Shown here in pieces: positions 36,504 to 45,316 of a DNA stretch of 64,000 bases (the first letter of the stretch is position 1; every line of letters starts with the position of its first letter). The DNA comes from a virus: the IMG/VR virus record IMGVR_UViG_3300030108_005940, positions 64,001 to 128,000 of that record; one strand, given 5' to 3'. Made by a program: the position numbers and the translations under genes. The notes under the pieces were generated by a model that worked only from the letters and a program-made list of their open reading frames with translations, searched no databases and was not told the origin of the DNA.

Positions 36504-37719
36504 TAAAGAAGAAATACTAACATCAGGTAAAATATTTAACCCTGCAGCTAAAATTTATGCAAATGCAGATAGGGTAATAGATTATTTAGATGATAAAAAC
36601 CCGGCCCCAGTTCTAGTAGAGATAGATCCGAGTAATACATGTAATCATGGATGTTACTTTTGTATATCTTCCTATATACATTTACCTGAATCGAAAAATC
36701 TTGAAACATATGATAAGACAGTTATGCCTAGAGATATATTGTTAGGAGCATGTAAAGATTTTGTTGATATGGGTGTGAGGGCCATTAACTGGACAGGAGG
36801 CGGCGAACCAACAATTAATAAACACTTAAAAGAAGCAATTGCATACATTGGTGAAAATTCAGATATTAAAATGGGTATTTTTACTAATGGTACATTGCTT
36901 GATAGATGGGATATGTTTGAAACAATGGTTGATAACATGACATGGGTAAGATTCTCTATTGATGCCGGTACACCGGAAACTTATAACAATATTAGACGTG
37001 CTAAAGGTAATCAAGGTTGGGATAAGATGGTGAGCAACTTAAATAAGTTGATTAAAGTTAACAAGGATAAGGGTAAAAAAATTGGCATTGGTGTTGGTTT
37101 TGTTATCACACCTGACACGTGTCATGAGGTTGTAGACTTTGCAAAATTCTTTGCAGATGTAGATGTAGATTATTGTCAATATAAACCTGAAATTGTAAAT
37201 CGAGAGAGAGAAGACGGTGTACAAAGAGATTTAGATTTTTGGAATAAAAATGTAGAGCCTCAGCTAGATGCCGCTAAAGAAATTCTTGGGCATAAATTTC
37301 AAATTAATGGGTATAAATTAAGCGACTTAATAGAAGATAGGTCTTTATTCGGTCGTAGGTATAAAAAATGTATGGGATCTCAAGTGCAGCCCTGTGTAGG
37401 AGCTGATGGAAATGTTTACGTGTGTACTAATCACCGTGGATATAAGCAATATAGCTATGGATCTTTACATGAAAAATCCTTTAAAGAGGTCTGGGACGAT
37501 GTACAAGAGAGACAACGTATAATGCATCAAATAGATAACGTTGAATGCTTTAAAAATTGTACACAACTATGTAAGCCTCATGAGAGTAATAAAGCTGTAT
37601 GGGATATACATGAAGCTTATAATAGTGTTGAAGGTGAGGCAAGAGATGCAGTCAAAAAAGAACTACTCGAGCTACAAGAAGAAATTAAAGAGAATATAAT
37701 TCATAGTGAATTTATATGA
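36496..37719 (+). CDS. Radical SAM enzyme with SPASM/twitch domain
   Basis: CNHGCYFC, GGGEP, TNG, C...ADGNVYVC, C..C...C. Confidence 0.88.
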   Translation: MLNKEEILTSGKIFNPAAKIYANADRVIDYLDDKNPAPVLVEIDPSNTCNHGCYFCISSYIHLPESKNLETYDKTVMPRDILLGACKDFVDMGVRAINWTGGGEPTINKHLKEAIAYIGENSDIKMGIFTNGTLLDRWDMFETMVDNMTWVRFSIDAGTPETYNNIRRAKGNQGWDKMVSNLNKLIKVNKDKGKKIGIGVGFVITPDTCHEVVDFAKFFADVDVDYCQYKPEIVNREREDGVQRDLDFWNKNVEPQLDAAKEILGHKFQINGYKLSDLIEDRSLFGRRYKKCMGSQVQPCVGADGNVYVCTNHRGYKQYSYGSLHEKSFKEVWDDVQERQRIMHQIDNVECFKNCTQLCKPHESNKAVWDIHEAYNSVEGEARDAVKKELLELQEEIKENIIHSEFI

Positions 37720-38237
37720 TTGTATTGCAAAATGGTAATGGGCAACTTGGTAAAGAGTTAGAATATAAAATTAGATATATTAGCCCAGGGTTTAGATTAT
37801 CACCAGAAGTCGTTTTCATATACCATACCTGGGATATGAGAGATAAAAATGATAAAAAAGCTCAGAAAAATTGCTATAAACAGTTTAAAAAATTTGTAGA
37901 TACAAACAAAGAGCATAAAATAATTTTTACGTCTACTTATTCAGAGCAAAATAATTTTTACAATTTTTATAAGCAAAAAGCAGGGGGATATTTATTAGCA
38001 AATCACAAACAAGGTAAAGTAATTAAGCTTCCTGTTTTATTAGGAAAGGGTGTATGTCAAGATTTAAAAGAAAATAAATGTGAACCTTACGGTGTTATAG
38101 AGTTGATGTCGCTTCATGAAGCTGCAGATGAAATTTTACGAATAGCTTTCGAAGATACTAACAATAAAGAATTTCGTTTGCATGGCACTCAAATACCAGC
38201 TAAGTTTGTACAAGAATTATTGCAATTTAATATTTAG
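37716..38237 (+). CDS. Short Rossmann-fold NDP-sugar reductase/epimerase-like protein (RmlD-like)
   Basis: GNGQLG, IIFTST, YNFYK (YxxxK). Confidence 0.55.
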   Translation: MIVLQNGNGQLGKELEYKIRYISPGFRLSPEVVFIYHTWDMRDKNDKKAQKNCYKQFKKFVDTNKEHKIIFTSTYSEQNNFYNFYKQKAGGYLLANHKQGKVIKLPVLLGKGVCQDLKENKCEPYGVIELMSLHEAADEILRIAFEDTNNKEFRLHGTQIPAKFVQELLQFNI

Positions 38238-38252
38238 ATATTATTATATATT

Positions 38253-38777
38253 ATGGCTGATTTTTCTAAATTTGATTCTTCTGTTATAACAGATTTTACT
38301 CCATATGTAACTGATATACCAAATTTTCCGATCCCAGGTGTTACATTTAAAGATATACAGCCATTATTAGCCGATCCCAAGGCTTTTAGACAAGCAATAT
38401 TTGAAATGTTTGTTAAATTTGAAACATATATGGATTATTGGGTAGGTATTGATTCGAGGGGATTTATTTTTGCCTCGGCATTATCGCAATATTCTAATAA
38501 AGGGTTGAAGCTTATTAGAAAAAAAGATAAACTTCCTCCACCGGTAGAATCAAAAACTTATGATCTTGAATACGGTAATGATACGATTCAAATGCAACCT
38601 GGTAAAGGTAAAGTTATTATAGTTGATGATGTTTATGCTACAGGTGGAACCATGGATGCTGCAGAAGAGTTATGCAAACAAGCCGGTTATGAGGTGTTAG
38701 GTAAATTAGTTTTTATTGACTTAGCTTTTTTACACGGTTCAACTGATGTTAGGAGTGTTATAAAATATGATAGTTGA
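38253..38777 (+). CDS. apt: Adenine phosphoribosyltransferase-like
   Basis: PNFPIPGVTFKDI, SRGF, RKKDKLP, YDLEYG, VDDVYATGGT. Confidence 0.9.
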   Translation: MADFSKFDSSVITDFTPYVTDIPNFPIPGVTFKDIQPLLADPKAFRQAIFEMFVKFETYMDYWVGIDSRGFIFASALSQYSNKGLKLIRKKDKLPPPVESKTYDLEYGNDTIQMQPGKGKVIIVDDVYATGGTMDAAEELCKQAGYEVLGKLVFIDLAFLHGSTDVRSVIKYDS

Positions 38778-38816
38778 GTTTATATTATTCTCAGTATAAT
38801 ATTATATAATAAATTT

Positions 38817-39266
38817 ATGAAAAAAATAACACTTATATATGCAAGTATGACAGGTAACGCTGAGTTTGTAGCAGACAACGCTAAGAGTGCACTAGAGGAT
38901 GCTGGTCATACTGTTAATGAGTTCTGCTTAGATGATAATGAGGAAATTAATTTTTTACATCAAGAAGCAGATTGTATTGTAGGAATAACTAGTACATGGG
39001 GTGAGGGTGAACCACCAGATGAAGCTGTACCTTTTTTTGAAAGTTTACGAAATTCTGAGCCACTAGGTATAGATAAATCTATTGCTGTTCTTGGCCTAGG
39101 AGATAGTTCATATGATATTTTTTGTGGTTGTGGAAAAGAGCTAGAAAGAGAACTTATAAGACATGGTGGTACACCATTATTAGAAAGAGTCGATTGTGAT
39201 ATTGATTACGAAGAAGATGCAGATAATTGGGTAGAGAGTTTAGTTGAAAAAATAAATGAGGCCTGA
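38817..39266 (+). CDS. Flavodoxin
   Basis: YASMTGNAE, TSTWGEGEPP, GLGDSSY..FC. Confidence 0.9.
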   Translation: MKKITLIYASMTGNAEFVADNAKSALEDAGHTVNEFCLDDNEEINFLHQEADCIVGITSTWGEGEPPDEAVPFFESLRNSEPLGIDKSIAVLGLGDSSYDIFCGCGKELERELIRHGGTPLLERVDCDIDYEEDADNWVESLVEKINEA

Positions 39267-39639
39267 AATTATACAGTATAAAGACCACCCTAAGGGATGG
39301 GGCAACGAAAGGTGGATAGTAAATAAAGAAAAATATTGTCTAAAGATTTTATCATTTAAAAAAAATAGCTCTTTTTCAATGCACTACCATATTGAAAAAG
39401 AAGAAACGTGGTATGTAGCTAAAGGTAGATTGGAGCTGTCATACTATAATTTAACAAACGCGAATCGTGTTACAAAAACTATTAATGAAGGAATGGTTGT
39501 TGATATTAAGCCTAATATTCCACATAAACTAAAAGCATTAGAAGATTCTGAAATTATAGAAGTAAGTACACAACACTTTGAACATGATAGTTACAGAGTA
39601 GAGCCTGGGGATAGTCAAAAAAATGAAACTACTAATTGA
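39256..39639 (+). CDS. Cupin (sugar-phosphate isomerase-like)
   Basis: KGWG.E, SMHYH..KEETW, PH, EVST. Confidence 0.8.
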   Translation: MRPEIIQYKDHPKGWGNERWIVNKEKYCLKILSFKKNSSFSMHYHIEKEETWYVAKGRLELSYYNLTNANRVTKTINEGMVVDIKPNIPHKLKALEDSEIIEVSTQHFEHDSYRVEPGDSQKNETTN

Positions 39640-39937
39640 TATAGATAACACAATTTGTGAGACAAAGTCATCAGACTACTTAAATTCAACTCCGTGTAAA
39701 TCTTTAATTGAGCATTTTAATAATCTATATGATAATGGATCTCATATTACATACTATACAGCTAGAGGTGGTAATTCCGGAAAAGACTGGACATATGTAA
39801 CTGCTAACCAGCTTAATGAATGGGGTGTAAAGTATAATAAGCTCATGATGCATAAACCATCGTATGATTTATGGATTGATGATAAGTGCATAAACATTGA
39901 AGACTATATAAAAAATAACAATATAGTTGAAAGCTAG
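39623..39937 (+). CDS. HAD-superfamily phosphatase (capsule biosynthesis type)
   Basis: DIDNTIC, TARG, KP, IDDK. Confidence 0.8.
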   Translation: MKLLIDIDNTICETKSSDYLNSTPCKSLIEHFNNLYDNGSHITYYTARGGNSGKDWTYVTANQLNEWGVKYNKLMMHKPSYDLWIDDKCINIEDYIKNNNIVES

Positions 39938-39954
39938 TATATATTATATATAAT
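39927..39954 (+). promoter_or_regulatory. Sigma70-type promoter TTGAAA-N16-TATAAT, 7 nt before ATG 39962
   Basis: Direct sequence reading. Confidence 0.7.
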
Positions 39955-39961
39955 ACGTTAT

Positions 39962-40543
39962 ATGATTATCGAACAAGGTGTATATGATGGTAAGTTAATT
40001 CATGAGAGATTTGCTTATAAATTTTTTCGTAAGGATGTTGCCGGTGAAGGTAATATTGTAGCGTTTAGGGCTCCGATGTATGTGGAAGATGCTTTAATTG
40101 ATCTAGAAGATTCGCTAGAAAATGACTTTATACATAGTCAGGATGCAGTTAATTTTTGTTGGGAGATTCCTGGCTTGTGTCCTCTAGGTGCTGTATCATT
40201 TCAGAGATTATTTAATACAGGAGTTGCTAATATTTTATCTGGTTTTATTAATAAGGGAATTATGGTTGATGGTGATGATCTATTAGTTCAAGATGAGTTC
40301 CTTGGAACTGATAAGCAAGTAAGAGAATCTGGTAAAGTAAGTGTATCTATTACGTATTCTAAAGATAATGTAGCATTAGGTCATACTGGTATTAATGTTG
40401 TAGCAGGAGATAAGGCACCTCCTTTTGCTTATTCATCCAACTTAACAGCAAAGCAAATTAAAACATTTAGCAAGACTGTTATTGATTACTTTAATACCGA
40501 AGTAAGAGATCAGTTCGTTGCTACGACAAAAATTATTGTATGA
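39962..40543 (+). CDS. DUF366 family protein (biotin/lipoate ligase-like fold)
   Basis: YDG..I..FAY, LIDLED, FQRL, GDDL, KVSVSI, HTGIN. Confidence 0.72.
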   Translation: MIIEQGVYDGKLIHERFAYKFFRKDVAGEGNIVAFRAPMYVEDALIDLEDSLENDFIHSQDAVNFCWEIPGLCPLGAVSFQRLFNTGVANILSGFINKGIMVDGDDLLVQDEFLGTDKQVRESGKVSVSITYSKDNVALGHTGINVVAGDKAPPFAYSSNLTAKQIKTFSKTVIDYFNTEVRDQFVATTKIIV

Positions 40544-40944
40544 AAAAAATATTTACGAATGGTTGTTTTGATATTTTACATGTCGGTCATTTACAACTAT
40601 TTGAATATGCAAAAAGTTTCGGTTACCTTTACGTTGGTGTCGATTCAGATGACAAAGTAAAGAAAGATAAGGGTGAAGATAGACCCTATAATAAATTATC
40701 TGATAGAATAAAAATGCTTCAATCGCTACGTTTTGTAGATGAAGTTCGTAGTTTTGATAGTTCCCAGGGTTTACGAGATTTAATTAAAGAAATTAACCCC
40801 GATATAATGATAATAGGTTCCGATTGGCGAGGTAAACCTGTCATTGGACAGGAACATGCAAAGGAACTTAAATTTTTTGAAAGAATTAAAGGGTATTCTA
40901 CAACTGGTATATTAGAATATGACTACTATCGTTTACGTAAATAA
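40540..40944 (+). CDS. Heptose-1-phosphate adenylyltransferase (HldE/RfaE domain II-like)
   Basis: FTNGCFDILHVGH, KG..RP, GSDW, YSTT. Confidence 0.88.
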   Translation: MKKIFTNGCFDILHVGHLQLFEYAKSFGYLYVGVDSDDKVKKDKGEDRPYNKLSDRIKMLQSLRFVDEVRSFDSSQGLRDLIKEINPDIMIIGSDWRGKPVIGQEHAKELKFFERIKGYSTTGILEYDYYRLRK

Positions 40945-41318
40945 TGAACTTTTTTAAATTACAAAATAAATTATTTTATTCTAGAAAAGATGATGCAGGT
41001 GTTTTAGACACTGAAGGAGAACAAAACTTTATTCCTTTTCTATTTAATAGGTGGTTATCATTCTATAATAATGATATGTGTGTTTTTACAAATGAAACGC
41101 TAAATAAATTTAGTACTATTTTTGAAGATAAACAACAAGCATATAGAATGTATTATTATCTCATTCCACGTTTAAAATGGAAAAGAATTAACTATATTAA
41201 AAAGAAGAAGAAGGATAAAGAAGAAGAAGTTGATATCAGTATAATTGCTAAGAATAAAAATATATCAAAGCGTGAATTATTACAATATGTTGAATTAAAT
41301 AAAAAGTTAGCTAAATAG
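40944..41318 (+). CDS. Clamp loader small subunit (gp62-like)
   Basis: F.PFLFNRWLS...N..LN...DKQQ.Y..Y...IP pattern. Confidence 0.6.
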   Translation: MNFFKLQNKLFYSRKDDAGVLDTEGEQNFIPFLFNRWLSFYNNDMCVFTNETLNKFSTIFEDKQQAYRMYYYLIPRLKWKRINYIKKKKKDKEEEVDISIIAKNKNISKRELLQYVELNKKLAK

Positions 41319-41322
41319 CTAT

Positions 41323-41739
41323 ATGGCGACAGCTAGCATAGATAATTTGGCACCTACTAGAAGTTTAATTGATTTATCTGATCCTGATAAAGGTGATTTT
41401 GGAATAGATGATTATGAGTTAAGTTTTATTTTTGATGATATTCTTCTTATAGAATATGTAGATGAAACAGAACAAGGTGAGGTAGAACGTAATGGTATTT
41501 TAGTACCAACTAACGCATTAACAAAAGCTTGGCGAAAAGGAAAAGTAATTTTAGCAGGTCCTGATGTAAAATATACCAAAGAAGGTGATATAGTTATTTT
41601 TCCAAATAATATGGGAGTAACTATTTCAGGTGTTTTAATAGAGGGCAAGGGTAAGATTAAAAAAGGTATATTTTTAAACGAAGAGAGGATGTTTGGTATT
41701 TGTAAATTACAAGATGTTAATACAGAAAGCAGCTCTTGA
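41323..41739 (+). CDS. GroES-like co-chaperonin (functional gp31 analogue)
   Basis: DDILLI, GILVP, GKVILAGP.V..KEGD.V.F, NEE; late TAAATA-N5-ATG. Confidence 0.78.
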   Translation: MATASIDNLAPTRSLIDLSDPDKGDFGIDDYELSFIFDDILLIEYVDETEQGEVERNGILVPTNALTKAWRKGKVILAGPDVKYTKEGDIVIFPNNMGVTISGVLIEGKGKIKKGIFLNEERMFGICKLQDVNTESSS

Positions 41740-42091
41740 TTCAATTCTTTTGGATAATGTTTGTGAAATAAGATTCCCACGTAGAATAATTAAAAAGGGT
41801 CAAGCCGCTACGAGGAGAATGATTTGCACAAAATCTCTATCTTTATTAAACTCTGTTAATGGAAGAGTTTCTTTAAATTATTTTCCACCAAAAGGCCCTC
41901 CAAAAGCATACCTCGGTCCGGATAATTTAGCTGTTGCTTGGGATATATTAATGCAAGACTACCGAAACATTAATATGAACCAATGTGACTTAATACAAAA
42001 AATACCCGCAAACGATGATTTTTGGATTTATTTTAATGAAAATTTATATCCAATGTCTCCAGAGCAGAAATTTAATTTTATGAATTCATGA
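41714..42091 (+). CDS. WYL_2/SH3-like phage protein
   Basis: VCEIRF.R...RRMICT...WDI...YRNI; likely start 41714. Confidence 0.5.
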   Translation: MLIQKAALDSILLDNVCEIRFPRRIIKKGQAATRRMICTKSLSLLNSVNGRVSLNYFPPKGPPKAYLGPDNLAVAWDILMQDYRNINMNQCDLIQKIPANDDFWIYFNENLYPMSPEQKFNFMNS

Positions 42092-42438
42092 ATGTAAGCT
42101 TAGAAAAAGTAACAGATTTTTTAAAACCGTTCTTATTACAGAATATAATAATAAAAACGGATAAAAAAGTGTTAAAACGTGGTAAGCTTAAAATCTTTCA
42201 AATTAAACAATATTATATTAATTTCACCCTGGAATATAAAAACTCAATAAAATCATATGAGATTCCGTATCCATATAAATTGGATTGGGATGAAACAACA
42301 GCAATTCTTAACTACCACCTAAGCTCTTTTATACCAGTGAGACAATTAACTCGAGCAAAATTTTTAGATAGCTCTTCAAAGTCTAAATTATATGATAACT
42401 TAGTGTATATATTGCCTTCTGATGAAGGTATTGTATAA
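42088..42438 (+). CDS. Hypothetical protein
   Basis: ORF with ATGA overlap. Confidence 0.6.
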   Translation: MNVSLEKVTDFLKPFLLQNIIIKTDKKVLKRGKLKIFQIKQYYINFTLEYKNSIKSYEIPYPYKLDWDETTAILNYHLSSFIPVRQLTRAKFLDSSSKSKLYDNLVYILPSDEGIV

Positions 42439-42444
42439 TTAAGT

Positions 42445-44085
42445 GTGGTAGGTGGTCTGTTAGAAAAATTTCCAGAGGGTTATACTCCAAACTCTTCTCA
42501 GGTAAAGCTTTTAAAAAATATTGATCAAGCTTTTAAAGATGGTCATAAGTTTGTTGTGTGTAATGCTCCAACCGGTTCAGGTAAAAGCTTTATATCAAAA
42601 ACTCTTGCGAATGATTCAAGCGAACCATCTGAAGACTTTAAAGATTTAATAACCTCATATACAGCGTTTAAAATTGATCAAACAGGGTTTTTTACACACG
42701 AAGATGAATGTATGGAGCAAGCTACAGCAGGATGTTTTGCACTAACAATAACTAAGGCTTTACAAGATCAATATAAGAGCTTATTTAAAGGTACTACTAT
42801 TCTTAAAGGTAAGAGTAATTACATCAGCACAATTGATAGAGATATTGACGTTGAGATGGAATCGTTAATTATGCCTAAAAATATATTAGAAGATCATAGA
42901 AGAAGGCATAAATGTCCGTATCATAATGATAGGAGAGATGCTTTAATAAATCGATTTGCAGCTTTAAATTATAATATGTTTTTTTCTTTACCCAATCATG
43001 TAAAGAAACGACAATATTTAATTTGTGATGAAGCTGCAGAATTAGAAGATCAATTAGTAAAAGAGTTTTCTTGTACTATTAACTTCGAAATGTTGAGTAA
43101 GATGGATATATTAGTAAGACCGTTTTATTCAAAAAATAATTCCAATGTTGTCAAGTGGATTAACAATCTATTATTAGATTTAAGTGATAAAATAGAAGAA
43201 GTTCGTGATACAATTAATAATAGTAACAACTCTAATAATAAAAAATTCTTAGTTGAGATTAGAAGACAAATAGTTAGTTTACGAAATTTACACTCTAAAC
43301 TTTCTTTAATTATTGAAACATGGAATGAAAGTGAATATCTTTTTGAAACAAATAAAGAAGGTATAACGTTTATGCCGTTAAAGGTAAATAATCTTTCTAG
43401 CCACTTATTTAGATATGCTGATAAAGTTATATTAATGTCTGCTACTATTATTGATCCTAAAAACTTTTGCAAGAGTTTAGGTATAGATAAGTTTAAATAT
43501 GTTGAAGCTGAATCATCTTTTAATGCTAAAGATTCACCTATATATTGCAATACAAAAGTTAAGTTAAACTATCATAACTTAAAACGTAGCTTACCGAAAG
43601 TAGTAGATCAAATAAAACAAATTTGTGAGCATCATAAAGATGATAAAGGTATAATACATACACATAATAATACGATTACATCTTTTCTGGCAAATAAAAT
43701 AAATGGTTCAAGATTTTTAATTAGAGAGCCTGGTGTACGTAATGAAGAACTATTAGAACAACATTTATATAATAATAAACCAACAGTATTAATATCACCT
43801 TCTATGTCACATGGTGTCGATTTAAAAGATGATTTAGCGCGCTTTCAAATTATTGTTAAAGCACCATACTTACCAACAAAAGATAAAAGAATTGATAGAC
43901 TTATGAATGATGATTTTGATTGGTATTCAAACAAAATGCTATGCTCATTAATTCAATCATGCGGACGTGGTGTTCGGTCAAAAAAAGACTATTGTACAAC
44001 CTATATATTAGATGGTGCTATTGTTGAAAGTGTTGTAAAAAACAAGCATAAGTTACCGAAATATTTCATCGATAGGTTTTTGTAA
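42445..44085 (+). CDS. DinG/YoaA-like SF2 helicase
   Basis: APTGSGKS, DEAA, MSAT, GVDL, K.PY, QSCGRGVR; promoter TTGCCT-N16-TATAAT. Confidence 0.85.
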   Translation: MVGGLLEKFPEGYTPNSSQVKLLKNIDQAFKDGHKFVVCNAPTGSGKSFISKTLANDSSEPSEDFKDLITSYTAFKIDQTGFFTHEDECMEQATAGCFALTITKALQDQYKSLFKGTTILKGKSNYISTIDRDIDVEMESLIMPKNILEDHRRRHKCPYHNDRRDALINRFAALNYNMFFSLPNHVKKRQYLICDEAAELEDQLVKEFSCTINFEMLSKMDILVRPFYSKNNSNVVKWINNLLLDLSDKIEEVRDTINNSNNSNNKKFLVEIRRQIVSLRNLHSKLSLIIETWNESEYLFETNKEGITFMPLKVNNLSSHLFRYADKVILMSATIIDPKNFCKSLGIDKFKYVEAESSFNAKDSPIYCNTKVKLNYHNLKRSLPKVVDQIKQICEHHKDDKGIIHTHNNTITSFLANKINGSRFLIREPGVRNEELLEQHLYNNKPTVLISPSMSHGVDLKDDLARFQIIVKAPYLPTKDKRIDRLMNDDFDWYSNKMLCSLIQSCGRGVRSKKDYCTTYILDGAIVESVVKNKHKLPKYFIDRFL

Positions 44086-44102
44086 TAAATATATAAGTAC
44101 AT

Positions 44103-45305
44103 ATGAAGAACCGAGCATTTCATTTTGAAATTAAAAATCTTTTAACGCAATTTATTGCAGCGTTTGATGATACGGTTATTAGTAGATATAATAAAAATAG
44201 AGAAAAAAAGAGTAACATTGAAGTTAGATATGTATTTGCACCCAAACAACGGGTCATGTATGATATTGTAAACAAGGCTCAAAACTTAACCCTACCGGTT
44301 GTAGCAATTAATTTAACGAGTATATCTCGAGATAACGACAGAGTATTTAATAAACTAGCTCCAACATATATACCTGCACAGAATCAAGATGACCCTAAAT
44401 CATCTGCAAATTTTTTAATGCCTGTACCTGTTAATTTAGAGATTAATATGTCAATACTTGGTAGGTATATGCAAGATGTAGATCAAATTATATCTAATTT
44501 TGTACCGTATAATAATCCCTATATTATTCTTTCATGGAAAGTACCAGAAGATTTTGGAGCAGGGTATGATCAAGAAATAAGAAGTGAAGTGTTGTGGGAT
44601 GGTAATTTATCTTACACAACACCGACAGATACTACATATAGTGATAAATTTAGAATTACCGTTGATACAACATTTACTATCAAAGGTTGGTTGTTTCCAG
44701 AGCAAAAAGATACATCGGGTAATATCTATAAAATAGATAATAACTTCTTAGCTGTAAATCTTGCAAACAGAATTTATTCACCCCTTGATAATAATGAAGT
44801 TGTAAGCAACACAACTTATACACAACAAGAATATGGAGCGCTATCAAGTTATGATACAGGTATACCAGATGCATATTCTGAAACTGTTACAATTTCAGCT
44901 ATACCCGAAATAACTAATTTATACTACACAACAACTGGTACATTTACACAGCTTTATCAAACAACAGTAGATCTTCTTTCTTCACATCCTAATAACTTCA
45001 TACTGTATGGTAAGAGATTTAATTATAATAATGAGTTCTTCTTAAGCGCTACTGATATGGGGGGCCCAATACCAAACAATCCTTTTTATTCAAATTATCA
45101 ACAAATTACTTCTGCAAAGTCAGCTACAATTAGCGGATATAAGCTTGGTGAATCGTTTTATGAGGTTGTTAACGATAACATATTAAATATTTTCTTACCT
45201 ACATCAACATTAAGCGCTGCCGGTAATTTTACTTTCGTAACAGCTAATGAAGCTGGATGGGGTTCTTCTTATCCAGCCACTAGCTCTATCCTTAACATAA
45301 CATAA
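44103..45305 (+). CDS. gp15: Tail terminator/sheath stabilizer (gp15-like) with Ser/Thr-rich C-terminal extension
   Basis: F...FDD..I.R, V..FAPKQR, LP, PVPVNL, DQI..F.P, FTIKGWLF; late promoter. Confidence 0.75.
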   Translation: MKNRAFHFEIKNLLTQFIAAFDDTVISRYNKNREKKSNIEVRYVFAPKQRVMYDIVNKAQNLTLPVVAINLTSISRDNDRVFNKLAPTYIPAQNQDDPKSSANFLMPVPVNLEINMSILGRYMQDVDQIISNFVPYNNPYIILSWKVPEDFGAGYDQEIRSEVLWDGNLSYTTPTDTTYSDKFRITVDTTFTIKGWLFPEQKDTSGNIYKIDNNFLAVNLANRIYSPLDNNEVVSNTTYTQQEYGALSSYDTGIPDAYSETVTISAIPEITNLYYTTTGTFTQLYQTTVDLLSSHPNNFILYGKRFNYNNEFFLSATDMGGPIPNNPFYSNYQQITSAKSATISGYKLGESFYEVVNDNILNIFLPTSTLSAAGNFTFVTANEAGWGSSYPATSSILNIT

Positions 45306-45316
45306 ATATATACAAG

